Shown here: positions 20,746-30,319 of the stretch, piece after piece
Numbering within the stretch: the first letter of the stretch is position 1
How the letters are laid out: each line of letters begins with the position of its first letter
Source of the DNA: Spirochaetia bacterium
Lineage (GTDB): Bacteria; Spirochaetota; Spirochaetia; SZUA-6; Bin103
Assembly: GCA_965203055.1 (NCBI GenBank)
Contig: OZ241863.1
Coordinates: 1,088,001 to 1,152,000 of the forward strand
Length of the DNA stretch: 64,000 nt
Direction of reading: 5' to 3'
Translations under genes and position numbers: made by a program
Notes under the pieces: model-generated
What the model was told of the DNA's origin: nothing
What the model saw: the letters and a program-made list of their open reading frames with translations, nothing else
Databases searched by the model: none

Positions 20746-23700
20746 ATGGCGACCCCGACGATCTTCGAGACTTGCCGGCCGCGCGCCGACGTCCTCGCCG
20801 GCAGCGTCGCCGAGGCGGACTTCGCCGCCGACCTGGCCGAGGTGGTCACCGGCCGGGGCAGCGCGCAGTACCGCGATCCGGTCCGGTTCTTCGCCAACAC
20901 CTATCCGACGCGCGGGCTCAAGGCCCTGCTCGCCAACGTCTGCCGGCGGCTGAGCGGCGCCGGCGGCGAGGCGGCGGCGATCTTCCGCCTCGACACCTCC
21001 TACGGCGGCGGCAAGACCCACGCGCTGATCGCCCTGGCGCACGCGGTGCGCGGGCGGGCGGCCGGCGCCGACCTGAGCGAGTTCGTCGCGCCGGCGCTGC
21101 TGCCGGCGGGCGCGGTGCGGGTGGCGGCGTTCGACGGCGAGAACGCCGATCCCGCAAACGGGCGCGCGCTGGGCGACGGGGTGCTGGCGCACACGCCGTG
21201 GGGCGAGCTCGCGTACGCGCTGGCCGGCCGGCAGGGCTACGAGCGGGTGAGCCGCAGCGACCGGGAGGGGGCGGCTCCCGGCGCGGAGACGCTGCGCGAG
21301 CTGTTCGGCGGCGCGCCGGCCCTGATCCTGCTCGACGAGCTGTCGGTATACCTGCGCAAGGTGCAGCGTCTGCCCGGCGCCGGCGACCAGTTGACCGCGT
21401 TTCTCACCTCGCTGTTCAAGGCGGTCGAAGGAGCGCCCAACGCGGCCCTGGTCTACACCCTGGCGATCGGCAAGGATGGGCGCGCGACCGACGCCTACGG
21501 CGCGGAGAACCGCTTCATCGGCGACCGCATGGCGGAGGCGGAGAGCGTGTCGGCGCGCAAGGCCACGCTGCTCGATCCCACGGCCGAGGACGAGACAGTC
21601 CAAGTGCTGCGGCGGCGCCTGTTCGAGAGGATCGACGAAGCGGGGGCGGAGGCGGCGATCGACGCCTACCGCGAGCAGTGGGCGCTGCACGGCGGCGCGC
21701 TGCCCGCGGACGCCGCCCGCCCGGAGACCGCGCAGACCTTCGCCGCGAGCTATCCGCTGCATCCCGAGGTGCTGGCCACCCTCACCGGCAAGACCGCCAC
21801 GCTGAGCAACTTCCAGCGCGTGCGCGGCATGCTGCGGCTGCTGGCGCGCACCATCGCGCAGCTCTGGCAGGCGCGGCCCTCGGACGCCGCCGCCATCCAC
21901 CTGCACCACGTCGACCTGGGTCATGAGCCGATCCGCCAGGAGATCGTCATCCGCCTGGGGCAGTCAGCCTACCTGCCGGCGATCGCCAACGACATCGCCG
22001 CCGGCGGGGGCGAGGGCGGCACAGCGCTGGCGCAGCAGATCGACGCCGCCCGGCACGGCGGCCTGCCGCCCTACGGGGCCTACGTCGCGCGCACCATCTT
22101 CATGCACACGCTGGCGTTCAACGATCCTCTCAAGGGGCTGTCGCCGGAGCGGCTGCGCTACTCCCTGCTCGGCCCGGCTACCGACGTCGGCTTCATCGAC
22201 GAGGCGCGCCGCCGGTTCGTGGCCGATTCGGCCTATCTCGACGACCGTCCGGGCGCGCCGCTGCGGTTCCTGGCGGAGGCCAATCTGAGCCTGATCATCC
22301 GCCGCGAAGAACAGCACGTGGACGCCGGCGATGCCCGCGCGGATCTGAACGACCGCATCAAGCGGGTGTTTTCGGGGGACGCGTTCGAGCTGGTGCCGTT
22401 TCCGGGCGGGCCGTTCGACGTGCCGGACGACGTTGGCGACGGGCGCCCGCGGCTGATCGTGCCGGCCTATGACGGGGTGGCGGTCGGCGACAGCGTCGGC
22501 GCGGCGCCGGAGCTGATCGCGCGCATCTACGCCCGCAAGGGGGCGGAGGGTTCGGCGCTGCGCATGCTGCGCAACCACCTGGTGTTCGCGGTGGCGGACG
22601 CGGAGCGCAAGGCGGAGATGCAGCGCGCCGCGGTCCGGCGGCTGGCCCTGCAGGCGCTGTTGCGCCCGGAACGGCTGGCGGAGCTGGCCGAGCATCAGCA
22701 GGCCACGGTGCGCGAGCAGGCGGCGCGGTCGGAGCAGGAGTTGGCGATCGCCATCCAGCAGTGCTACCGCCACCTGTTCTATCCGTCGCGCAACCGCGTG
22801 GGCGCCGCCGACGTCGATCTGGCGCACACCGCGATCGAGCTGCCGGCGGCGTCGGACCAGCCGGGCGCCGGCCAGCAGCAGGTGGTTCGCGCGTTGCGCG
22901 AATTGGCCAAGCTGCGACTGGCCGAGGATGAACCCGACTCGCCGGCCTACGTGCGCGACCGCACGCCGCTCAAGCGGCCAGATCACGACCCTGGCGCTGC
23001 GCGACGAGTTCCGCCGCGATCCGGCGCTGCCGATCCTGAGCGGCGACGACATCTTTCTGCGCGGCATTCGGCGCGGGGTGGAGCGCGGCGACTACGTCTA
23101 CCGGCGCGGCGAGCTGCTCTACGGCCCGGACGACCCGCCGGCCGACCTGCTGATCGACGAACGGGCGCTGGTGCTGACCGTGGCCTACGCCCGCACCAAG
23201 GGCATCTGGCCCCGCCCGGCGCAGGGGGCCGCGGCCGGCGATGGCCAGGTGGGCGGGGCCGGGCCGACCGAAGGGTCCCGCAGCAACGGCGGCGGACCGG
23301 ATGAGGTGCGTCAGCCGCCGGACGGGGGATTGCCGCCGGAGAGCCCCGGACCGGGCGAGTTCACCGCCGAGGGCGTGCTGCGGGAAGCGCTGACGCGGCT
23401 GTGGGAGCAGGCGCGCGCCGGGGGCGCGGCGCGGGTCTCGAAGTTGACGATCCGCATGTTCGAGGCCGGCGACGGCTTCCGGCTGCTCGGCGCGGTGGGC
23501 GCGGTGACCGGCGCGGACAAGGAGGTGACCATGGCCGGCGGCTACGAGACCCGCGACGGCGGTTCCTTCATATTGGAGTTCAACGGTCCGGTGGCGGACG
23601 CGCAGCCGGTGCGCGAATTCCTCGAACCGCAGTTGCGGGACTGCGCCTCGCGCACGCTGGAGGTGTCGTTTCGGATCACCTTCGCCGCCGGCCTGCCGCT

Positions 23701-23797
23701 GGCGGGCGACGCCGCGGAGCGGCTCGCCGAACGGCTGGCGCGGTTCGCCGGCGGGGCGGCGTACGTGGCGGCGACCGCCGCGGCGCAGGCCTCGTGA
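20746..23797 (+). pseudogene. DUF499 family ATPase with one frameshift near 22975
   Basis: FAADL, FFANTYPT, Walker A LDTSYGGGKTH, LILLDEL, YPLHPE, FQRVRGMLRLLA; reading continues GQITTLALRDEFRRDP in another frame to 23797. Confidence 0.85.
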
Positions 23798-24285
23798 TGG
23801 CGCGCGCGGAGCGGGAGATTCGCATCGAGCCGGCCGCGTCGGCGCCGCGCTACGAGCTGCGGGTGCGCCGGCATCGGCCCGGCGCCGCCGAATACGCGGT
23901 CTGGCAGTTGCCGGCGCCGGCCACGCCGCAGGTGAAGCGGGCGCAGCGCGTCGCCCGCCTGCAAGGCGCCAACCTCGACCTGATCGAACACCGCGTGCTG
24001 CGCCGGCTGGCGCGAGCCGGCGTCCGCCTCGGCCCGCGCGCCGGCGCCGCGGACCGCGGCTATCCGCTGCCGGAGGAGGCGGCGCTGCTGCTGGGGCTGC
24101 TGTTCCGCGCCTTGGCGCCGATGCGCAACCGCGATAACATGCGCATGGTGACCGCGGGCATCGAGGCGATGGAGCCTGAGGAAGCCGCGTACTGGGCGGG
24201 CATGGCGATCCACCGCCGCCGCCCCCGCCGCGTGCTGAAGGCCCTCCGCATCCTCCTCACCGATTGCAATGCCGGACGTACCTGA
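23797..24285 (+). CDS. Small partner of DUF499 (DUF3780-like position and C-terminus)
   Basis: Start overlaps DUF499 stop; LGLLFRALAPM, EEAAYW, KALRILL. Confidence 0.65.
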   Translation: MARAEREIRIEPAASAPRYELRVRRHRPGAAEYAVWQLPAPATPQVKRAQRVARLQGANLDLIEHRVLRRLARAGVRLGPRAGAADRGYPLPEEAALLLGLLFRALAPMRNRDNMRMVTAGIEAMEPEEAAYWAGMAIHRRRPRRVLKALRILLTDCNAGRT

Positions 24286-24742
24286 AATTCGCCTTCGTCT
24301 GTCGATCTGGCGACCTGCATCGCTCGATCGTACGTACCTGCATGCCCAGGATGGCGGGTCGGGATCGGACCGGTATTCGCCGCTCGACGAGACAGGCCTC
24401 CTGGAGCAGATATACTCATGGGACTCCGGCTGGTATGACATCTCGGGATCTTCCGAGTCGGACGTGACCGATCTGATCAAAAGCCGCTTGCTGCGCCCGT
24501 TCGGCCAGCACGAGCCTCCGGCCAAACGCGGCGTGCGCCGGTTCCGCCGCGCGTTGTCCGATCTGCTTGAGGATTCCAAGGTACGCGCCGGGACTTTCTG
24601 GTCGGACTGCCCGGACACGGTGCCCACGGGTAGCGGGGACCTGAATCTGCGCGCCAACGTCACTCTTGGCGTGCTCCGACACTTTCTGTGGGTCGCCGGC
24701 GTCTACGCCGACGTCCCGGATGCCTCGGTCCTGCTCCAATGA
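24269..24742 (+). CDS. Hypothetical protein (157 aa), first gene of three-gene module
   Basis: Lower GC than flanks; overlaps previous gene; ATGA overlap with next gene. Confidence 0.65.
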   Translation: MPDVPEIRLRLSIWRPASLDRTYLHAQDGGSGSDRYSPLDETGLLEQIYSWDSGWYDISGSSESDVTDLIKSRLLRPFGQHEPPAKRGVRRFRRALSDLLEDSKVRAGTFWSDCPDTVPTGSGDLNLRANVTLGVLRHFLWVAGVYADVPDASVLLQ

Positions 24743-26811
24743 ATGAGTACGTACTGCGATCCGTTACCGGTGCCGAGAAGGCTATGGCTGACCTCTTTGC
24801 CGCTTGCGCCATGTCCGGCGGCGAACACCTGCGGCTCGAAGTTCGTGAAGATAAGTGCTTTCGACCCGACGTCTGGGTGTCGGTCGGCACCGTATCCTTG
24901 CATCCCGAATTGCCGGCTGCATCACAGGATGAGGAGGACGGGAACACCTTGCTGGAGCGGGCACTCCGATACGGCTTCTTCAACTGGGAGCTTCCAAAAG
25001 AGGACTGGCTGAAGAGTAAGCTGACAGAGGCGTTGGCGATTGAGGAACCGGCCAGAGAAAGTGCCCGGACCGTGAAGGACATTGACAGAGTAACCAGAGG
25101 CTTGGCCCACGCAGCCATCCGCTGCGGCGTGGCGCACCCCGCCTTCGACGCGATGACCCTTTCGAAGATGCCGTTTCGCAGGAACGTCGGGATAGTAATG
25201 GATACGACGGCCGTGCTGCAGGGGGGACTCGACTTTGCCGCACGCCATTTGACACCAGCCGCCCGGCTGCGCGTTCCGGCGATCGTGCAGATGGAGATAC
25301 TGAATTTCGTCGACCGCTACTTCAGCCAGCGACGCAGAGGGAAGCCTATCTCCACCATGTTGGTGGACCACATGTTGAGTCAAGCCGGACAACGCGCCCT
25401 CATCAGGCTGGGACTGGCTCATCGGGTGGAACGGCCGCGGCTCGGGGCCGAACCGCTGCGCGGCATCGTTCAGCCCGATTCCGACGCCGAAGACAAGAGC
25501 CTGGGCCTGCAGGTGGTACAGAGGAGCTTCGCCGACCGTCTCATTCTGGAGACCGCGGTGCAACGACGCAATGACGCCGCCCCCGACCATCCCGTCACAT
25601 TGATGACAGCCGATCAGGGCCTTACGCGGATGGCGCTGGCTGAAGGGATAGAACCACTCTTCTTCGATGCGAACGCGGCGTCGGCGCTACTCGGCTCCAC
25701 CCTGAGCGGCGTCACGTTCAAGCCATTCATGACCGACGGTCTTCGTACCTACCCCGTTTCCTTGTGCGCCATTCTTTGGGAACTGGCCGTGACGTTCGGC
25801 GCCGCCCGTCTGATCGGCATCGATTCCGATGACTCATTCGAAGCTGTTGCGATCGGCGAGGGATGTTCATGGCAGCCCTACCACTCTCGTGACGATCTTC
25901 TTTGGACGAGATCGGTACCGAAGTCTGCTGCCGCGAAGCCTTCGCCGAAGATCAAGGCTGCCCCTGACTCTACTGAGTCGGACTCGGCCGGTGCAGCCAC
26001 CTTGTCGACCACACCGAGTCCGCGGAGCCGTACCTTGTCTGGCGCCTACGGCTTCAGCCCCGGTTCCATGATCGATCTCATGGTGGCTCTAAATGGTGCC
26101 GCCCTTTCTGACGCAGCGGGAATGGAGGTGGCGCACGTCAATAAAAGGAACTCGTACGAACAGTATCGGAGATTCCTGTACGCAGGAGGATTCGCCGTCA
26201 AGAGCGGTGCGGAAATGGAGAAGACGGACCGCCTCTCCTCCTTGATCGGCAGTATGATCGCCGGTGCATTCGATGAGATGCGGGTGCTGCTTTCCCTCGT
26301 GCCATCTTTCAAGCGCTTTCTGACCAACGTGGAGGTAGGGAGTCCTTTGACGCAAGGCGATTCGAAAATTAACGCGACCTCCTTTCGTTCCTATTGTGCC
26401 TTGGCAGAGATGTGTTGCGCGGGCGTGCGCTTCGTCGACGCGGGAATCTATCCCACACCGGAGAATCCGACGCCGGAGCATTTCTCACGTCCGGCCCTCG
26501 CGGCTTACGATACGGTACGGCGGGGAGAAGATTACGCCCTGACGGGCGCTTGGCTGGATGAGATGACCAAGCGCTTTGGCATACACCCGGTGCGCGCGCG
26601 GCAGCGCTTGGCGGAGGCTCATCAGAGTGGACATATCCGCCGTTACGTGGAAGGATCGACTCCGGAAACCAGATACGGGAACAGGAATCTCCATGTACTC
26701 AGCTTCGACGGCGGGGTTCCCAAAGTGCGCAATGTCAATCTCTATCACGGAGACTTCCTGATGCCAGGCCGAGCCGCCGTCAGTATCAGGCTGTCGAAGG
26801 GGGAGCGATGA
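24739..26811 (+). CDS. PIN-like domain protein (690 aa) with uncharacterised C-terminal region
   Basis: IVMDTTAVL, VPAIVQMEI, ADRLILETA, LMTADQGLTRMALAEGI fit the PIN acidic-residue pattern; ATGA overlaps at both ends. Confidence 0.7.
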   Translation: MNEYVLRSVTGAEKAMADLFAACAMSGGEHLRLEVREDKCFRPDVWVSVGTVSLHPELPAASQDEEDGNTLLERALRYGFFNWELPKEDWLKSKLTEALAIEEPARESARTVKDIDRVTRGLAHAAIRCGVAHPAFDAMTLSKMPFRRNVGIVMDTTAVLQGGLDFAARHLTPAARLRVPAIVQMEILNFVDRYFSQRRRGKPISTMLVDHMLSQAGQRALIRLGLAHRVERPRLGAEPLRGIVQPDSDAEDKSLGLQVVQRSFADRLILETAVQRRNDAAPDHPVTLMTADQGLTRMALAEGIEPLFFDANAASALLGSTLSGVTFKPFMTDGLRTYPVSLCAILWELAVTFGAARLIGIDSDDSFEAVAIGEGCSWQPYHSRDDLLWTRSVPKSAAAKPSPKIKAAPDSTESDSAGAATLSTTPSPRSRTLSGAYGFSPGSMIDLMVALNGAALSDAAGMEVAHVNKRNSYEQYRRFLYAGGFAVKSGAEMEKTDRLSSLIGSMIAGAFDEMRVLLSLVPSFKRFLTNVEVGSPLTQGDSKINATSFRSYCALAEMCCAGVRFVDAGIYPTPENPTPEHFSRPALAAYDTVRRGEDYALTGAWLDEMTKRFGIHPVRARQRLAEAHQSGHIRRYVEGSTPETRYGNRNLHVLSFDGGVPKVRNVNLYHGDFLMPGRAAVSIRLSKGER

Positions 26812-27953
26812 GCCTTCGTGAACGGATGAAGCGCACGGATTCGGGCCGACAGCTGACTCTGTATCGAGAGTATGGCGTGATCGGTAATCCCTTTCCCTCA
26901 GCAGGGCAACCGTCGGGCCATCCGAGATTGGAAGATGCGATCGACGACAAGGTAGTAGATCGTTTCCGGCAGTTCGAGGACGGAAGCCATGCCTCGCAGG
27001 TGATCACGATCGAGGGAACGCAGGGCGTCGGCAAGACGAACTTGCTCAACTACTATGAATATCAGTTCCGCGATTACTATCGGGATAGCAACGCACACTA
27101 TATCATCAGATACTACCCGGATCCGGAGCCGTCCTTCGATTCGGTGCTGAGAAAGATTTTCCAGAGCTTCGACCGTGGCCACTTCGAGAACATCGGCAGG
27201 AAGCTCGCACAGGGCAAGGAAGCCGTGAGAAACAGTGCCAAGGAACGTGCTCTACACCATGACGTGAGGATCGTTCTCAACAGTTTGGAGGGAGCGGGCG
27301 ATAGTAACGATAACGAACGGATAGCCGAGTGCGCTCAACTGGCTCTGGATTGGTTCCTGGGCTTGCGCGTCCTGAAGCGGCACCGCGAAGTACTCGGCGT
27401 GAGCTTCAGGCTGGATACGGTCGAATCGCGTACGCAGGCTCTGCGTGACATCATCTATGTCAGCGAACGGTTGGATATCCTGCAGGGTGTTTTCCTGTTG
27501 CTGGACGAGCTCGAGAAACAGGACTACTCGCTCAGCAAGACCCCGGTGCTCCGCTTCCTCCTCTCCATACGGGCGTTGATCGACGCCTTGCCGGAGCGGC
27601 TGTTCCTGATGCTGGCGATGACTCCTCAGGCCCGCACGCGCTACTTCGCGATGCTTCCCGCATTGGCAGGCCGTCTGCAGGACAGAATACCGTTGTCGCC
27701 TATCAAAGACCGGACCGAGGCCCGCCGACTGTTCGATTTCTACTTGAGACGAGGGCGCGAGGCGGCGAGATCGAACCCACGCGTGCAAGGCGAGGGGCAG
27801 GGAGCCGTCGACCTGTTGGGAGCCGACGATCTGAATGAAATGTTCCGCATATGTAGGGAGGAGTCTGAGCAACGAGGAATCGAAGGCGTCACGCCTCGCG
27901 ACTTCCTGCATCGCCTGCACGGAGAGTGGGAGAGCCGGGTAACGGCCCGGTAA
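26808..27953 (+). CDS. P-loop NTPase (AAA+-like)
   Basis: YGVIGNPFP, Walker A GTQGVGKT, Walker B LLLDELE, ALAGRL, TPRDFL. Confidence 0.8.
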   Translation: MSLRERMKRTDSGRQLTLYREYGVIGNPFPSAGQPSGHPRLEDAIDDKVVDRFRQFEDGSHASQVITIEGTQGVGKTNLLNYYEYQFRDYYRDSNAHYIIRYYPDPEPSFDSVLRKIFQSFDRGHFENIGRKLAQGKEAVRNSAKERALHHDVRIVLNSLEGAGDSNDNERIAECAQLALDWFLGLRVLKRHREVLGVSFRLDTVESRTQALRDIIYVSERLDILQGVFLLLDELEKQDYSLSKTPVLRFLLSIRALIDALPERLFLMLAMTPQARTRYFAMLPALAGRLQDRIPLSPIKDRTEARRLFDFYLRRGREAARSNPRVQGEGQGAVDLLGADDLNEMFRICREESEQRGIEGVTPRDFLHRLHGEWESRVTAR

Positions 27954-27961
27954 CGTACCGG

Positions 27962-28921
27962 ATGGCTGAACCGACCGTTGCCGCGGCGCCGCCGGCCGAG
28001 CCCAAGTTTCCCGGCTGCCGTCCGGTGCGCATTACGCGCCGAGTGATAGCCGAATGCGAGGTCCGCCTGGAGTACTGGGATGCCGCCACCGAGATCGCGA
28101 TGGTGTGCGAACAGAACAGCTACTACCACGAGTCCCCCATCCATCTCCTCACCACGCTGACCGGGAATATCGCCGCGGCGCGGAGCTTGCCAATTGGGGC
28201 GGCGGGGCGCACCGACCTGCGGTTGTGCAATGCCCGCGGCGAGTGGCAGCGCATCATGCAGGCCGACCAGATCCTGTTCCTGCGCCCTGCGCGGCCGCGG
28301 GGCGACGCAATCGAGGTGGGCGTGGACAAGCTGCCGGACGTGGTGCTGGAGGTGGACAATACTACCGACGTGCGCTGCGGCAAGCTGGGGTTGTACGACT
28401 CCTGGGGCTTTCCCGAGGTATGGGTCGAGGTGCCGGACCAGCCGGCGCCGAGCCGGCCGGCGGGGCTGCGCCCCGGCCTGACGATCTACGTGCGGGAGGG
28501 CGGCCGCCTGCGCCCCGCGGCGGTGAGCCGCGCGTTTCACGGCTGGACGGCGGCGGAGATACACCGCGGGTTGAACGAGTCCGAGATGTCCGAGGAGACG
28601 GCGGCGGCGCTGGACCGGGTCGGGCGCTTGCTGGGCGCCGCCGCGGGCACGCAGCCGTATGACGATCCGTTCCAGCGCCTGTTGCTCAGGCGCAGCCGCG
28701 CCGAGGGCTATGCGGAAGGCTATGCGGAAGGCTATGCCGAGGGCTATGCGGAAGGGCTCCTGGAGGAACGCGTCGATACCATAGAGGCTATGGTGCGCGC
28801 CGGCATGCCGTGGCCGGCATCGGCGACCGGAATAGACGAGGCCGGGCTGCGCGCCATCAAGCAGGGGCTCGCCTGCTTGGTCCGCCGCTCCCGAACCGAC
28901 CGAGGCGCCGCCGACGGCTGA
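27962..28921 (+). CDS. Uma2 family PD-(D/E)xK nuclease
   Basis: HESP, MQADQ, LPDVVLEVDNTTDVR, KLGLY..WGFPEVW; C-terminal AEGY repeats. Confidence 0.75.
   Translation: MAEPTVAAAPPAEPKFPGCRPVRITRRVIAECEVRLEYWDAATEIAMVCEQNSYYHESPIHLLTTLTGNIAAARSLPIGAAGRTDLRLCNARGEWQRIMQADQILFLRPARPRGDAIEVGVDKLPDVVLEVDNTTDVRCGKLGLYDSWGFPEVWVEVPDQPAPSRPAGLRPGLTIYVREGGRLRPAAVSRAFHGWTAAEIHRGLNESEMSEETAAALDRVGRLLGAAAGTQPYDDPFQRLLLRRSRAEGYAEGYAEGYAEGYAEGLLEERVDTIEAMVRAGMPWPASATGIDEAGLRAIKQGLACLVRRSRTDRGAADG
28700..28756 (+). repeat. 12-nt tandem repeat (~4.75 copies) encoding AEGY
   Basis: GCSGARGGCTAT units. Confidence 0.85.
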
Positions 28922-29057
28922 AGGCACAGAATAACTCAAGCGGCGCCGCCCCTGCGCCGGCCCCGCTCCCCCGGAGCCGCCGACGGCTGCGTCCCTCGGC
29001 CAGCCGGACCCGCTGCCCGATGAAGATGTCTTTACGTCTGGCATTTTTCCGGGAATA

Positions 29058-30215
29058 ATGCCAGGCATGTTTGCACGGCTGCTGCGGCGCCCCGGATCGT
29101 CGTGCTTTCTGTTCGGCCCGCGCGGTACCGGGAAGTCGACGTGGATTGCGCGCCACTTCGCGGGCGCCCGGCTCTACGATCTGCTCAACACGACCGAGGC
29201 GCTGCGCCTGGCGCGCGAGCCGGCCACGCTGTTTCGGGAAGTGGAGGGACTGTCCGCCGGCGATTGGGTGGTGATCGATGAGGTCCAGCGCGTCCCGGAG
29301 CTGCTCAACGAGGTCCACCGCCTGATCGAGACGCGCCGGCTCCGGTTCGTCCTGTCGGGATCGAGCGCCCGCAAGCTGCGCCGCGGCGGCGCCAACCTGC
29401 TCGCCGGGCGGGCGGTGGTCCATCATCTGTTTCCGCTGGTGTCGGCGGAACGATCCTTTCAGGTCGACTTCGACGATGCGCTCCGCCACGGCGCCCTGCC
29501 GCTTGCGGTCACCGGCGACGATCCGGCCGCCTACCTGAGCGCCTATGCCGAGACCTATCTGCAGGAAGAGATCCGCGCCGAGGCGTTGACGCGGAGCGTC
29601 GGCAGCTTCAACCGCTTCCTGGAGATCGCGGCCCGGCAGAACGGACAGGTGACCAACGTCTCCTCCATCTCCCGCGATGCCGCGGTGAGCCGGTCCACGG
29701 TGCAAAACTACTTCGAGATCCTCATCGACACCCTGATCGGAAACTGGCTGCCCGCCTGGAAGCTCAAGCGCGCGACCAAGCAGGTCGCGCACCCCAAGTT
29801 CTACCTGTTCGATTGCGGGGTGGCGCGCGCGCTGTCCGGCCGGATCGCCTATCCGCCGTCCCCGGAGGAGCGCGGCGCTCTGCTGGAGACGGCGCTGCTG
29901 GGCGAGATCCGCGCGTACCTGGCGTACAACGGGCTGCGGTATCCGCTCCACTACTGGCGGACCCACGACGGAGTGGAGGTCGACCTGCTGTGCGAGAGCG
30001 GCGCCGGCTTCATCGCCGTGGAGATGAAAGCGTCGGCGCGGTGGGACGCGCGCTACAACCGCGGCCTCAACCGGCTCCGCGACGAGCTCGGCGCCGGCCG
30101 GGTCACCTGCTACGGCGTCTACGAAGGGGAGCGGCCGGCGACGTGGGGCAGCGTCCGGGTGCTGCCGGCGCCGGAGTTTCTGAAGCGACTCTGGAACGGG
30201 GAAGTACTGCGCTGA
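29058..30215 (+). CDS. AAA_14 ATPase + DUF4143 protein
   Basis: FLFGPRGTGKST, IDEVQR, SGSSARKL, LLAGRA, PKFYLFDCGV, YWRT..EVDL..VEMK. Confidence 0.88.
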   Translation: MPGMFARLLRRPGSSCFLFGPRGTGKSTWIARHFAGARLYDLLNTTEALRLAREPATLFREVEGLSAGDWVVIDEVQRVPELLNEVHRLIETRRLRFVLSGSSARKLRRGGANLLAGRAVVHHLFPLVSAERSFQVDFDDALRHGALPLAVTGDDPAAYLSAYAETYLQEEIRAEALTRSVGSFNRFLEIAARQNGQVTNVSSISRDAAVSRSTVQNYFEILIDTLIGNWLPAWKLKRATKQVAHPKFYLFDCGVARALSGRIAYPPSPEERGALLETALLGEIRAYLAYNGLRYPLHYWRTHDGVEVDLLCESGAGFIAVEMKASARWDARYNRGLNRLRDELGAGRVTCYGVYEGERPATWGSVRVLPAPEFLKRLWNGEVLR

Positions 30216-30319
30216 GCCCGGTCACGGCCGCGGCCGCCGGTGCTGGCCGCGCCTCTCACTCCCGTCGGCTGCGCTGCTCGAACCAGATGCGCCGGCAGCG
30301 AGGCAAGCAAGCGGCGCCT

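Noticed and set aside
26808..27953. Calling the island BREX from the BrxD-like ATPase
   Set aside because: No PglZ, PglX or BrxL recognised; the gene set fits the DUF499/DUF1156 system better
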